Positions 17,455-25,430 of a stretch of 38,710 nucleotides of DNA are shown here, piece after piece. Source of the DNA: a virus (Duplodnaviria > Caudoviricetes); IMG/VR virus record IMGVR_UViG_3300025803_000029, positions 1-38,710 of that record. One strand, 5' to 3'. A model generated the notes under the pieces. The model saw only the letters and a program-made list of their open reading frames with translations, made no database searches and was not told the origin of the DNA. How positions within the stretch are numbered: the stretch's first letter is position 1; each line of letters starts with the position of its first letter. The translations under genes and the position numbers were made by a program.

Positions 17455-18256
17455 TATTAAATAAATCTAGTTGATCAGTTTTTGGATCAAAATCTATTTC
17501 ATCAATTGGTTTGCAACTGTTGTGTAAATACAGCTCATCTTTTAAAGTTGCCGAACCTTTATTTTTTTCCTTAAATCTTTCTTGTGTTCTTATTGCTTTA
17601 TCCAATGCAACAACTTCATCCCACTCTCTACTATTATTTTTTATTTCAAGCCATTCTTTTGCAGAATGAAATGGGCAAAAAGTACAAGCTGATCTTGGTG
17701 GTTTAGGATAATTATTTTTTTCCATCCATGTTAAACAATGTGCTCTCCTAAAATCTTTATCTATTAATGGGTAAATATTTTTAATATATTTAATTGGGTT
17801 GATTTTCATTCTTTGAACTTCATCTTTAGATATGCCCATTAACAGTTCAACTTGAGTACCCTCTTTTCTTCTTTCACCTTTTTTTAAACCAAGTAATTCT
17901 CTTATTTTTTGTAATACAGGTTTTATCTTGTAATCTGCTGTGCATTGTCTGCGAAGCATACCTTTTTTTCCTGTTTCTAAATTTTTGGTGTAAAATGGTG
18001 CTGTAAAAGCTTTAAATTCACCTTTAGAAGCATCTAATATATCTTGTTTTAAATCTCTGTAGCTAACAATATAAATTGGAAATTTAGTAATTTGTTTTTT
18101 TAAATAATTTAGCCAATCATAAACCGCTTTTGGCTCACCTTTTACATCTGCAAAAATAGCTGCACTGACGTTCTCAATTTCACCCTTTTGAATCATAAGT
18201 GCTAAAGTAGAACTTTGAACACCAGCACCTAAACTTAATATTCTTAATTTTTTCAT
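17426..18256 (-). CDS. PAPS-reductase-like / PP-loop (adenine nucleotide alpha-hydrolase) family protein
   Basis: ILSLGAGVQSS, IFADVKGE, RQCTADYKIKP, PPRSACTFCPF and terminal ECEGYCG motifs. Confidence 0.75.
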   Translation of the reverse strand: MKKLRILSLGAGVQSSTLALMIQKGEIENVSAAIFADVKGEPKAVYDWLNYLKKQITKFPIYIVSYRDLKQDILDASKGEFKAFTAPFYTKNLETGKKGMLRRQCTADYKIKPVLQKIRELLGLKKGERRKEGTQVELLMGISKDEVQRMKINPIKYIKNIYPLIDKDFRRAHCLTWMEKNNYPKPPRSACTFCPFHSAKEWLEIKNNSREWDEVVALDKAIRTQERFKEKNKGSATLKDELYLHNSCKPIDEIDFDPKTDQLDLFNNECEGYCGI

Positions 18257-18495
18257 AGCAACCAGTTACCCTCCTGGTCTTTGCAGTACGAAGCTACTAT
18301 CTGTTTATTGTTGTAAATATAAAAACCCCAAAGCTGACCATTGCCATCTTCAAACTTTGGGTTGTCATACCAGGTTGCTTTGCTTTCATAAGCAGAATCA
18401 CAATCTGTGTAATTTTCAATGTGTATTTTTTCGTAATGTAATCCTTGTTGTGTAAGTAAAACTAAAAACAAAAAGGCTTTCATTTGGCAGCACAA
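18253..18495 (-). CDS. Hypothetical protein with a hydrophobic N-terminus (start probably MKAFLFLVLL)
   Basis: ORF track. Confidence 0.55.
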   Translation of the reverse strand: MCCQMKAFLFLVLLTQQGLHYEKIHIENYTDCDSAYESKATWYDNPKFEDGNGQLWGFYIYNNKQIVASYCKDQEGNWLL

Positions 18496-18800
18496 CTTTT
18501 TATAAAAGTTATTAATTTAGGATTTTGTAAAAAAATTTTAGAAAACTCTGAGCCTATAAAACTTGCTACACCCTCCTCACCAAGATTTTTTAAACGAATC
18601 TCTGACTTGTGAGCTATCATGTGTGCAATTTCATGCAGTAAGGTGTCTAGCAAGGTGATATTTTTAATATCTTCTTGGATAGCTATGATTGATTTGTCTG
18701 TATCGTAGTAACCCCAGATATTGTCTTTTTTAGCGTCTTTCCTAGCTAATTTAACTATTTTTACCTTAAAATTACGATATTTAATCTCTTTCAGAATCAT
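18480..18800 (-). CDS. Small HExxH zinc-metallopeptidase-like protein
   Basis: WGYY...IAI...TLLHEIAH...EE motif. Confidence 0.65.
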   Translation of the reverse strand: MILKEIKYRNFKVKIVKLARKDAKKDNIWGYYDTDKSIIAIQEDIKNITLLDTLLHEIAHMIAHKSEIRLKNLGEEGVASFIGSEFSKIFLQNPKLITFIKSCAAK

Positions 18801-18811
18801 AACTAAGCTTT

Positions 18812-18840
18812 GTTATAAATAAAATTATATTATGTTGCAA
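18812..18840 (-). promoter_or_regulatory. Leftward early promoter TTGCAA-N17-TATAAC
   Basis: Exact 17-bp spacing; -10 lies 11 nt from the ATG at 18800. Confidence 0.6.
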
Positions 18841-18847
18841 TTATTAT

Positions 18848-18870
18848 TTGTTATAATATATCTATAACAA
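18848..18870. promoter_or_regulatory. Operator-like inverted repeat TTGTTATA-N7-TATAACAA
   Basis: Perfect 8-bp arms in the divergent intergenic region. Confidence 0.55.
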
Positions 18871-18902
18871 CATGATAATAGACAATAATAATAGGAGGTG
18901 TT

Positions 18903-19592
18903 ATGGTTATAGATATAATTAAGACTACATTAGACATGTTTCAAAAAGAAAAATTGGAAGAATTGTTAAAAATTCACAACGTATCAAGAGATCAAGTTTT
19001 AAGAGATACACTTGGTAAGAATGTTAGAGAGTTTAACAATTGGAAAGTTAAATGGTCTAGGCTTGTAAATAAAAAAGATAAAGACCCTAGTAATTTTGGT
19101 TTGTTAGAATTTTCAACACTTTTATCTAAATATTTTAACGCTAGAGGTAAAATTGATGAACCAATTATATCTAATACTTATTTTATAACTCCAGATTGTA
19201 CTATTAATGGTGTTGGTGAATTACAAATAAATGGTCAAGTAAGAGTATGGTCTAAAAAAGAACAAAAAAAATTAAAAGTTATAGAAAAATGGAAAGGCTA
19301 TAATTTTATAGTGTTAAGATTAGGCTCAACCAGAGGATCAGTTCGTTTTTTTAAACCATTAAAAATTATTGAAACTGAATCTTTATATTCCATGTCAATT
19401 ATAAGAGAAAAGAAAACTAAAAAATTATTTGCTGGATTTTTAATACCTTTAAATAATGGTAATTATGATGTGGTTGATAAATCTACAATTACTGACCAAA
19501 CTATATCTGTTATGGCTCAAAATATTCAAATTGATGCAGCTTCAAAGTTTATGGCAGCAAACTTCCCTAACAACAATCAATGGGTGTTATAG
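18903..19592 (+). CDS. Putative repressor / regulator at the divergent switch
   Basis: CI-like size and position, AGGAGG RBS, helical N-terminus and beta C-terminus; no firm family motif. Confidence 0.4.
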   Translation: MVIDIIKTTLDMFQKEKLEELLKIHNVSRDQVLRDTLGKNVREFNNWKVKWSRLVNKKDKDPSNFGLLEFSTLLSKYFNARGKIDEPIISNTYFITPDCTINGVGELQINGQVRVWSKKEQKKLKVIEKWKGYNFIVLRLGSTRGSVRFFKPLKIIETESLYSMSIIREKKTKKLFAGFLIPLNNGNYDVVDKSTITDQTISVMAQNIQIDAASKFMAANFPNNNQWVL

Positions 19593-19637
19593 ATAATTTA
19601 TAATACTGTTGCAATTATCATATAATAACATTATAAG
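19586..19637. promoter_or_regulatory. Bidirectional promoter sharing palindromic -35 TTGCAA (19609-19614)
   Basis: Plus strand N17-TATAAG ends 8 nt before ATG 19646 (leaderless); minus strand N17-TATAAC. Confidence 0.55.
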
Positions 19638-19645
19638 TTATTTAT

Positions 19646-20518
19646 ATGACGAATCACCCAAAAATATTAGGCGATTGTTACAAAAAATTTAACTTGGCAC
19701 ATACTAGTAAAAGCCAAAACACAATTCCTGACGATATAAGATTCAGAAATTACATTGTACTTACCCCAAAAGAAAAAGCTAACTTACCAAGTAATTGTTC
19801 TTTTACTGGCGGTACGATTGCACATGAAATAATTCAAAGAATTTTATGTAAAAATTTATCTTACCAACAAGCACTAGAGTCTGTGCAAGATAGAATAACT
19901 AATTACAAAAGTATTGATGAAAAAGATGATTTAAAATTTGGTCACATCATAGATAACATGGAAGATTTAGTTAATAACCATTTAGCTAACATTGATGAAG
20001 TAGGCAAACAAACCTGGCAAGATGAATTAGAATATACACATTGGGCAGATGGCATTAATACTTATTTTTTAATGTATGTAGATTTGGTTGGCCAAACAGA
20101 ATTTTTTGATATTAAAAATGTATTCGGCACACTAACTAAAACTAAAAAAGGTTTTAGTTATTCCAAAAAAAAATGCCCTAAAGTTCCATACCATTCAGAT
20201 TGTATGCAGCTTGCCTTGTACAGTAAGGAACTACCAAAACTTAAACCTTGCCTGACTTATGCAAGTGATAGCGATAGAGTTGTTTTTACACCTAGCAACT
20301 GTGTAGAACTTAGACCTGATAGCTTACAATATTATTATGAAGAATTAGTTCTTTACCAAAAGTGTTGGGAAACAAAATTAGAATTAGCTAATGGCGACCC
20401 TAAAGTTCTAGCAAAACTTTGCAAACCTGACTTATCAGAAATTAGAAAAGATGGCTTCTGGTGGAAAGGTTTAGATCCAGAAATTATTAAAAGATTTAGA
20501 GGTTATTATGAACTTTAA
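19646..20518 (+). CDS. PD-(D/E)xK RecB/Cas4-like exonuclease
   Basis: GTIAH...E...YVDLV...DIK...QLALY motifs. Confidence 0.75.
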   Translation: MTNHPKILGDCYKKFNLAHTSKSQNTIPDDIRFRNYIVLTPKEKANLPSNCSFTGGTIAHEIIQRILCKNLSYQQALESVQDRITNYKSIDEKDDLKFGHIIDNMEDLVNNHLANIDEVGKQTWQDELEYTHWADGINTYFLMYVDLVGQTEFFDIKNVFGTLTKTKKGFSYSKKKCPKVPYHSDCMQLALYSKELPKLKPCLTYASDSDRVVFTPSNCVELRPDSLQYYYEELVLYQKCWETKLELANGDPKVLAKLCKPDLSEIRKDGFWWKGLDPEIIKRFRGYYEL

Positions 20519-20723
20519 ACAACTGATTGCACACTACGATTCATTGCCAAAAGATCAGCTAATACAAAAGCTAGTAGATAAAAATGCTTTGTTGCTAAAA
20601 CAAGAAAACGAAATTGAAAGACTTGGCAAGGAGCTAAAAGATGTCAAGGAAATAGAACAAGATCACAAACAATTAAATGGCAACTTACAAAAAGAATTAG
20701 ACAAACTAAGGGAGAGAAAATGA
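20508..20723 (+). CDS. Coiled-coil hypothetical protein
   Basis: Heptad pattern; overlaps neighbours. Confidence 0.6.
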   Translation: MNFKQLIAHYDSLPKDQLIQKLVDKNALLLKQENEIERLGKELKDVKEIEQDHKQLNGNLQKELDKLRERK

Positions 20724-21367
20724 AAAATTTACAGGAAGCTATAGCTCAATTTAAAGCAAGTATTAAAAAAACAGATTATGAAAAAGTTAAAGGTAATAGA
20801 GATTATCTTGGTGTTGCTTACCGATTAAAATTTTGTAGAGAATTTTTTGGTGAAAGACTTCAAATACTTACTAAAAGTGTTGAGCTATCTAATGGCTCTC
20901 ACAAATTTATAGCTGAAATTTTTATAGATAATAATTGTTTAGCAGTTGGTGAGTCTAAGCAAATGCACAATAAAGAAAAAGATTTTGAAAAAACACAAAC
21001 TGTAGCTATTGGTAGAGGGTTAGCTTTTCTTGGGTTTATGGGTGATGAGATTGCTTCTAAAGAAGAAATGGATCAATTTTATAGAAATGATGAAACTATT
21101 ACTGAACCAAAAGAAGAAAACAAACCATCAAAAAAAGTTTCAAAAAATATTACTCAGTTAGCTGATGATTGGATTGGTCAAATGCAAACTGTTGCAAAAC
21201 ATTCTAAGTCACAACTTTATTTCGAAAAAAATTTAACTCCTATTAAAGATAAATACAAAGATGATTTACTTTTAATAGCAGCTGACCCTATTGAACAGCT
21301 AAGGGTTGATACAGAATACAACAAACTAAAATCACAAATACAATCAAGAGGAACAAATGGCAGATAG
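20720..21367 (+). CDS. Single-strand annealing recombinase (Rad52/Sak-like)
   Basis: YLGVAYRL...EKTQTVAIGRGLAFLG...IASKEE; paired with the exonuclease. Confidence 0.65.
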   Translation: MKNLQEAIAQFKASIKKTDYEKVKGNRDYLGVAYRLKFCREFFGERLQILTKSVELSNGSHKFIAEIFIDNNCLAVGESKQMHNKEKDFEKTQTVAIGRGLAFLGFMGDEIASKEEMDQFYRNDETITEPKEENKPSKKVSKNITQLADDWIGQMQTVAKHSKSQLYFEKNLTPIKDKYKDDLLLIAADPIEQLRVDTEYNKLKSQIQSRGTNGR

Positions 21368-21581
21368 TAAATACGATAATTCAGGTGCATTATGGAAAAG
21401 ACAACCAAGAGATAATGATGATCCTGGTAAAAAATATCCACATTACACAGGCAACGTAACTATTAATGGAACTACTAAGTCAGCTTCGGCTTGGCTTAAT
21501 ACTGAAAAAGGTACTGATCCAGAAAAGGCTACTCAACCTGACATATCAATTAAATTAAACGACCCAATAAAGAAAGATTAA
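21357..21581 (+). CDS. Small ssDNA-binding-like protein (DUF736-like)
   Basis: NSGALWK...PHYTG...SAWLN...ISIKL motif. Confidence 0.6.
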   Translation: MADSKYDNSGALWKRQPRDNDDPGKKYPHYTGNVTINGTTKSASAWLNTEKGTDPEKATQPDISIKLNDPIKKD

Positions 21582-21582
21582 C

Positions 21583-21876
21583 ATGGAAAGTAAAAACCCT
21601 CCTCACTATCAAAAAGGAATACAAACTTGCGATGCCATTATGAGTCAAATGACTCCAGAAGAAAACATCGGCTTTTTGAGAGGATCAGCAATGAAATACT
21701 TATCTAGGTTTGGTGCTAAAGGAGGGCAAACACTAGAAAAGGCAATTATGGATTTAGAAAAATCTAATTGGTTTAACCAAAAGTTAATTAACTATTTAAA
21801 AAGTCTAGCAAGCGATGGCAATGATTTACGAACTACTAAAACCAACGTAACAAATTTATTTGAGGAAATTAAATGA
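21583..21876 (+). CDS. DUF3310 (SaV-like / T7 gp1.7-related) protein
   Basis: NPPHY...GIQTCDAI...GFLRGSAMKYLSR..K...DLEK..W. Confidence 0.8.
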   Translation: MESKNPPHYQKGIQTCDAIMSQMTPEENIGFLRGSAMKYLSRFGAKGGQTLEKAIMDLEKSNWFNQKLINYLKSLASDGNDLRTTKTNVTNLFEEIK

Positions 21877-22184
21877 TACTTAAAAATGGAAATGGCAATG
21901 GCAATGGTCATATTTACCTAAGCCAAATAAAAAAAGATGTTCTTGATTTTATAAAGCACTTCATTGAAACTTATGACTATGCTCCAACCTACAAAGAGAT
22001 AAGTGAAAAATTTCATTTTACTAGAGCAAGAGCTGGTGCTTTAATTGCAGAGTTTCGTAAATTAAATCTAATTAGTAAAAGCAACCAGGCTCATAGAAAT
22101 ATTGCCTTATCTAAAAAACAATTAAAATTAATACCCACACTTAAAGTTAATAAAAGTTATTCAACAATGGAGTTCAGAAAATGA
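21873..22184 (+). CDS. LexA-like DNA-binding domain protein without a peptidase domain
   Basis: VLDFIKHFIETYDYAPTYKEISEKF matches the LexA winged HTH. Confidence 0.75.
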   Translation: MILKNGNGNGNGHIYLSQIKKDVLDFIKHFIETYDYAPTYKEISEKFHFTRARAGALIAEFRKLNLISKSNQAHRNIALSKKQLKLIPTLKVNKSYSTMEFRK

Positions 22185-22381
22185 GCAAAGTAACAAAAGA
22201 AAGTTTTTTTGAAGCTAACTTCAAAGTTGATGAAGAATTTGACAATGCAGAAATAGCTGCAAAATCAAATACTCCTAGCAATGATGCTAGGGTTACTGTC
22301 CTAGATATTAAGTTTGATAAATCTAGGATTAAATTAAACAAAGATGAGGAGTCTAAAGAGGATGGCTTTAAGGAAAAGTAA
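22181..22381 (+). CDS. Hypothetical protein
   Basis: ORF track; ATGA overlap. Confidence 0.6.
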   Translation: MSKVTKESFFEANFKVDEEFDNAEIAAKSNTPSNDARVTVLDIKFDKSRIKLNKDEESKEDGFKEK

Positions 22382-22562
22382 TAGTCTTACAAGACGTTAC
22401 CAAAAACTTGAAAAGTATCATGCTGAAATTATGAAACCGGCTAAGTCTGGCAAACCAAGACAGTGTGTTCATTCAAGTGTAGCGTTCAAAAAATATGTTA
22501 AGACTTTTAGGCAGATATGCTTGGTAGAAAATGAAGATGCCAAGTTCATGTATTCGCCTTAA
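22344..22562 (+). CDS. Hypothetical protein (start probably MALRKS)
   Basis: ORF track; co-oriented. Confidence 0.55.
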   Translation: MRSLKRMALRKSNSLTRRYQKLEKYHAEIMKPAKSGKPRQCVHSSVAFKKYVKTFRQICLVENEDAKFMYSP

Positions 22563-22629
22563 TAACTGATGTACTTAAAAGTTGTAAAAAACTATAGGCT
22601 AGGAGTCTGCACAAATTAAGGAGAGAAAG

Positions 22630-23034
22630 ATGGCATTGAGTAAATCCAAAACAGATTTTGAAGTAACGATTGCAAAAGCTGTTGGTAAGAAAATAAAATA
22701 TTGTAGAGAAAATTATTATAGATCGGTTAAAGAAATAGTAGATGGTGAGTTTAAAGGTACTTATAAACCAGTTAAAATGCTTGTTACTCAATCAAGGTTA
22801 GCAAAGTTTTGCGGTGTAACATTTCAACAGATTCAAAAATATGAGAAAGGTGGCAATAGTTGTAGCCTACCAAAGCTGCTAATGATTGCAGCATTTTTTC
22901 AAAAACCAATAACTTATTTTTTAGAAGATATAAATTTAGAAGAATTATTAGGGCAAGACACTTCTCCAAATAATAACCCAATAGCTCCCTCTTTAAAAGA
23001 GTATGGGATAACAGAAAAAAGTAAGTGTCATTAA
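22630..23034 (+). CDS. XRE-family HTH transcriptional regulator
   Basis: TQSRLAKFCGVTFQQIQKYEKGGN, the alphaproteobacterial XRE signature. Confidence 0.88.
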   Translation: MALSKSKTDFEVTIAKAVGKKIKYCRENYYRSVKEIVDGEFKGTYKPVKMLVTQSRLAKFCGVTFQQIQKYEKGGNSCSLPKLLMIAAFFQKPITYFLEDINLEELLGQDTSPNNNPIAPSLKEYGITEKSKCH

Positions 23035-23094
23035 ATGTGAAAACTATAAGAGCTTTGTAAAAGAAACTCTTATATTTATTTGTTGTGTGATTGA

Positions 23095-23123
23095 GGGGGA
23101 GAGAGATCTCCCCCTTTTTTTTT
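23095..23123 (+). terminator. Rho-independent terminator
   Basis: GGGGGAGA-GAGA-TCTCCCCC followed by T9. Confidence 0.85.
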
Positions 23124-23294
23124 ATGTATTTTGTAATTTGGAAACCTAAAGATAAATTTACTAGCTTTAGCAATGTACTATTTGCATTGGAAAAGGATGC
23201 TATAGAGTTTGCTAAAAAAAGTGTTAAACGAAAAATAGAATGGGATGTAGTCCTCTACAATTCAGAGAACTACAATAAGTATTGGTATAAATAA
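23124..23294 (+). CDS. 56-aa hypothetical protein (MYFVIWKPKDKF...)
   Basis: ATG directly after the terminator T-tract; converges on the integrase stop. Confidence 0.5.
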   Translation: MYFVIWKPKDKFTSFSNVLFALEKDAIEFAKKSVKRKIEWDVVLYNSENYNKYWYK

Positions 23295-24440
23295 TTAACC
23301 CCAATTGTAGTGTTTGTTTTGATAATCAATGTTCTGCACTTCATCACCATTGCTTTGATATGGTTTGATGTAAGTGTCCTGGACAAAGTTAATATCCTTA
23401 TCCCCTAGTGCTTTTGCCAAATCTATAGCGTTAGTGTACTTGCCGGTATATGCCCAGTAAGTAGCTGTGAAATGGCGAAAGAAGTACGACTTTCTATCTA
23501 TGGGTAGTTGCACCTTATTTTTAGCTAGCACCCTCTCTAAGTGGCTAATAATAGCTTCAATACATATATATTTACCTTTGCTATTAAGAAACAATATAGA
23601 TTGTTTGCTAGGCAAAGAATTAACATAATCTGTCAAAACATCTTTAAGTGCAGTAGAAATAACTAAAGTTCTATTACCATTAACTGTCTTAGTATCGCCA
23701 AGTTTCTTTTTAGCTTTGACCGCTTTATCAAATCTAATCATTGGTATATTGCCTTTAAACAATAAGCTTTTTCTATCTAAGGCTCTGGCCTCACTTGGTC
23801 TGCAAGCAGTTTCAAGCAGAACCATACAGATAATTTGAATCATTTTATTACTTATACCGCTAACAATATTAGACACTCTCTCTAACGACCACTCATGAAA
23901 ATCCAATGCTTTTGTAATTTTTTTGGGTGTAACAATAGTAACTAAGTAATCTTTATCTTTGCAGATATTCTTAGCTAACTTATCAGTATCTACCTGGTGC
24001 TGAATAATTAAGCTTAAAGTATTAAATATCTTCCTAGCGGTACTAGATTTAATTTGAGCTTTTAGGATCTTATTTTTTAAGTAATCTATAAACTCAAATA
24101 CCTTATGCTTATCAATAGTTCTTATATCTACATTTTCAAAAAAAGGTAAAATGTGATTGATATAAAAGCTACTATATTCACCAACAGTAGAGGGTTGGAT
24201 TTTATTTTCTAACTGTTTGTATTTTTGGTGCTGCATAAAAGCTATATTAGCTTCACTTAAAAATACTTGTGAGGATGATGTTTTAAATACACCAACCTCA
24301 GTTACTTTTTCTTTAGCTAATGACTCTAATACAGATTTATTTTTATGGGATATAAACTTAACTTTACCATCTATACCCCAATAAGAATAACGCCATATTC
24401 TTTTACCATTTTTTTGTACTGGTCTAATTTGTAGTTCCAT
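23295..24440 (-). CDS. int: Tyrosine integrase
   Basis: ETACRPSEARAL, KT, YFFRH, LGD and DTY catalytic-region motifs; N-terminal arm and SAM-like domains. Confidence 0.92.
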   Translation of the reverse strand: MELQIRPVQKNGKRIWRYSYWGIDGKVKFISHKNKSVLESLAKEKVTEVGVFKTSSSQVFLSEANIAFMQHQKYKQLENKIQPSTVGEYSSFYINHILPFFENVDIRTIDKHKVFEFIDYLKNKILKAQIKSSTARKIFNTLSLIIQHQVDTDKLAKNICKDKDYLVTIVTPKKITKALDFHEWSLERVSNIVSGISNKMIQIICMVLLETACRPSEARALDRKSLLFKGNIPMIRFDKAVKAKKKLGDTKTVNGNRTLVISTALKDVLTDYVNSLPSKQSILFLNSKGKYICIEAIISHLERVLAKNKVQLPIDRKSYFFRHFTATYWAYTGKYTNAIDLAKALGDKDINFVQDTYIKPYQSNGDEVQNIDYQNKHYNWG

Positions 24441-24452
24441 ACTCTCTCCTTG

Positions 24453-24626
24453 TTAATTTTCTCTATTACAAATATCGCAATCTTCTGTTCTTTCTTCATG
24501 CTCTTTACCTTGAACAGGAATCTGACCAGAACCATCACAATTTGGACATTCCTCAATTCCAAACAAATCAGATGTAATTGCTTTTTCTTTTTTGTATTTT
24601 CTTGGGTGCTTAAAAATAAATGTCAT
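24453..24626 (-). CDS. 57-aa zinc-finger protein (CPNCDGSG...CDIC), not in ORF track
   Basis: Hand translation; ATGA overlap with the upstream gene and GGAGG RBS. Confidence 0.7.
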   Translation of the reverse strand: MTFIFKHPRKYKKEKAITSDLFGIEECPNCDGSGQIPVQGKEHEERTEDCDICNREN

Positions 24627-24916
24627 GCTCTACCTCCATAATAGTTTAACTCATTTTCTTTTTGACATTCCTCTAGCTCATCAATTGGAAGTTTTGGTTG
24701 AGGTTTGCTTAGAGTTATTAATTTAAACTCATAACCAAAAATTTTGTAAGATTGTCCAAAATTTAGATCACAAATTTTATTAGATAAATCTTCTCTATAA
24801 TTTTTGTGTAAAGGAAAATCTAAAATAAATCTTAAATCCCAACACAGATCCATTTTGTCATAATAAGTTTTATTAGTAACAACATCTTGCTTATCTTTTA
24901 TTTGAACTTTAATCAT
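24623..24916 (-). CDS. Hypothetical protein, first gene of the integrase operon
   Basis: AGGAGAG RBS; ORF track. Confidence 0.6.
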   Translation of the reverse strand: MIKVQIKDKQDVVTNKTYYDKMDLCWDLRFILDFPLHKNYREDLSNKICDLNFGQSYKIFGYEFKLITLSKPQPKLPIDELEECQKENELNYYGGRA

Positions 24917-24949
24917 TTTTCTCTCCTATATTTATTAAGTTATAACAAT

Positions 24950-24978
24950 GTTATACTATACCTATAACAGTATTGCAA
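24950..24978 (-). promoter_or_regulatory. Integrase-operon promoter TTGCAA-N17-TATAAC
   Basis: Same hexamers and spacing as the copies at 18840 and 19614. Confidence 0.6.
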
Positions 24979-25100
24979 ATAATCAATTGGTGTTATTTCC
25001 CTTATTTCCCAATCATTTTGTAATGGGTATTTCCAAAGTATAGCTAGCAAGGGTATAAAAAAGGTATAGAACGCAATGATTCTATTTATATTTTGGGCAT

Positions 25101-25140
25101 AAAAAAAAAGCCGAAAAGAATCTTGCGATTCAATTCGGCT
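25101..25140 (-). terminator. Rho-independent terminator of the late operon
   Basis: GCCGAA-TT-GAATC-GCAA-GATTC-TT-TTCGGC followed by T9. Confidence 0.75.
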
Positions 25141-25151
25141 ATATATATAAG
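25123..25151 (+). promoter_or_regulatory. Promoter TTGCGA-N17-TATAAG for the tRNA half-gene
   Basis: -10 ends 12 nt before the first tRNA base. Confidence 0.55.
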
Positions 25152-25163
25152 CTTTTTCTAAAT

Positions 25164-25204
25164 GCCCTTGTAGCTCAGTTGGTAGAGCAATTGATTTGTA
25201 ATCA
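25164..25204 (+). mobile_element. attP: attP core: 5' half of tRNA-Thr(UGU)
   Basis: GCCCTTG-TA-GCTC-AGTTGGTA-GAGC-A-ATTGA-TTTGTAA-TCA, after which similarity stops (no T-arm); near the integrase. Confidence 0.85.
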
Positions 25205-25430
25205 CTAATAACAATAAAATTACTCTTATTATTACTAGCAAATCTGCTACTTGGTATATTATTGGTATAGTTCACAATTGTTAGTTTTTATCTTTTCTCA
25301 GAATCAATACTATAACATCATTAATTCAGAGTCCAATTATACCTATACCAATTGATTCTGTACCCACCCTTTCCCACTAGCTAAAGCTAGAACTATACCT
25401 ACTTAATAAGTAGATATTCCTATTCGGTAA

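Noticed and set aside
19646-20518. Cas4 / CRISPR system
   Set aside because: No array or other cas genes; context fits a phage recombination exonuclease
21217-24641. ORFs 21217, 22546, 22784, 24371 and 24450
   Set aside because: Overlap better-supported genes; the true gene before int is 24453..24626
25164-25240. Intact phage tRNA-Thr gene
   Set aside because: No T-arm or acceptor 3' strand follows the anticodon loop
24940-25275. 111-aa ORF across attP
   Set aside because: Antisense shadow of the tRNA half, terminator and att arms; no RBS or protein-like features
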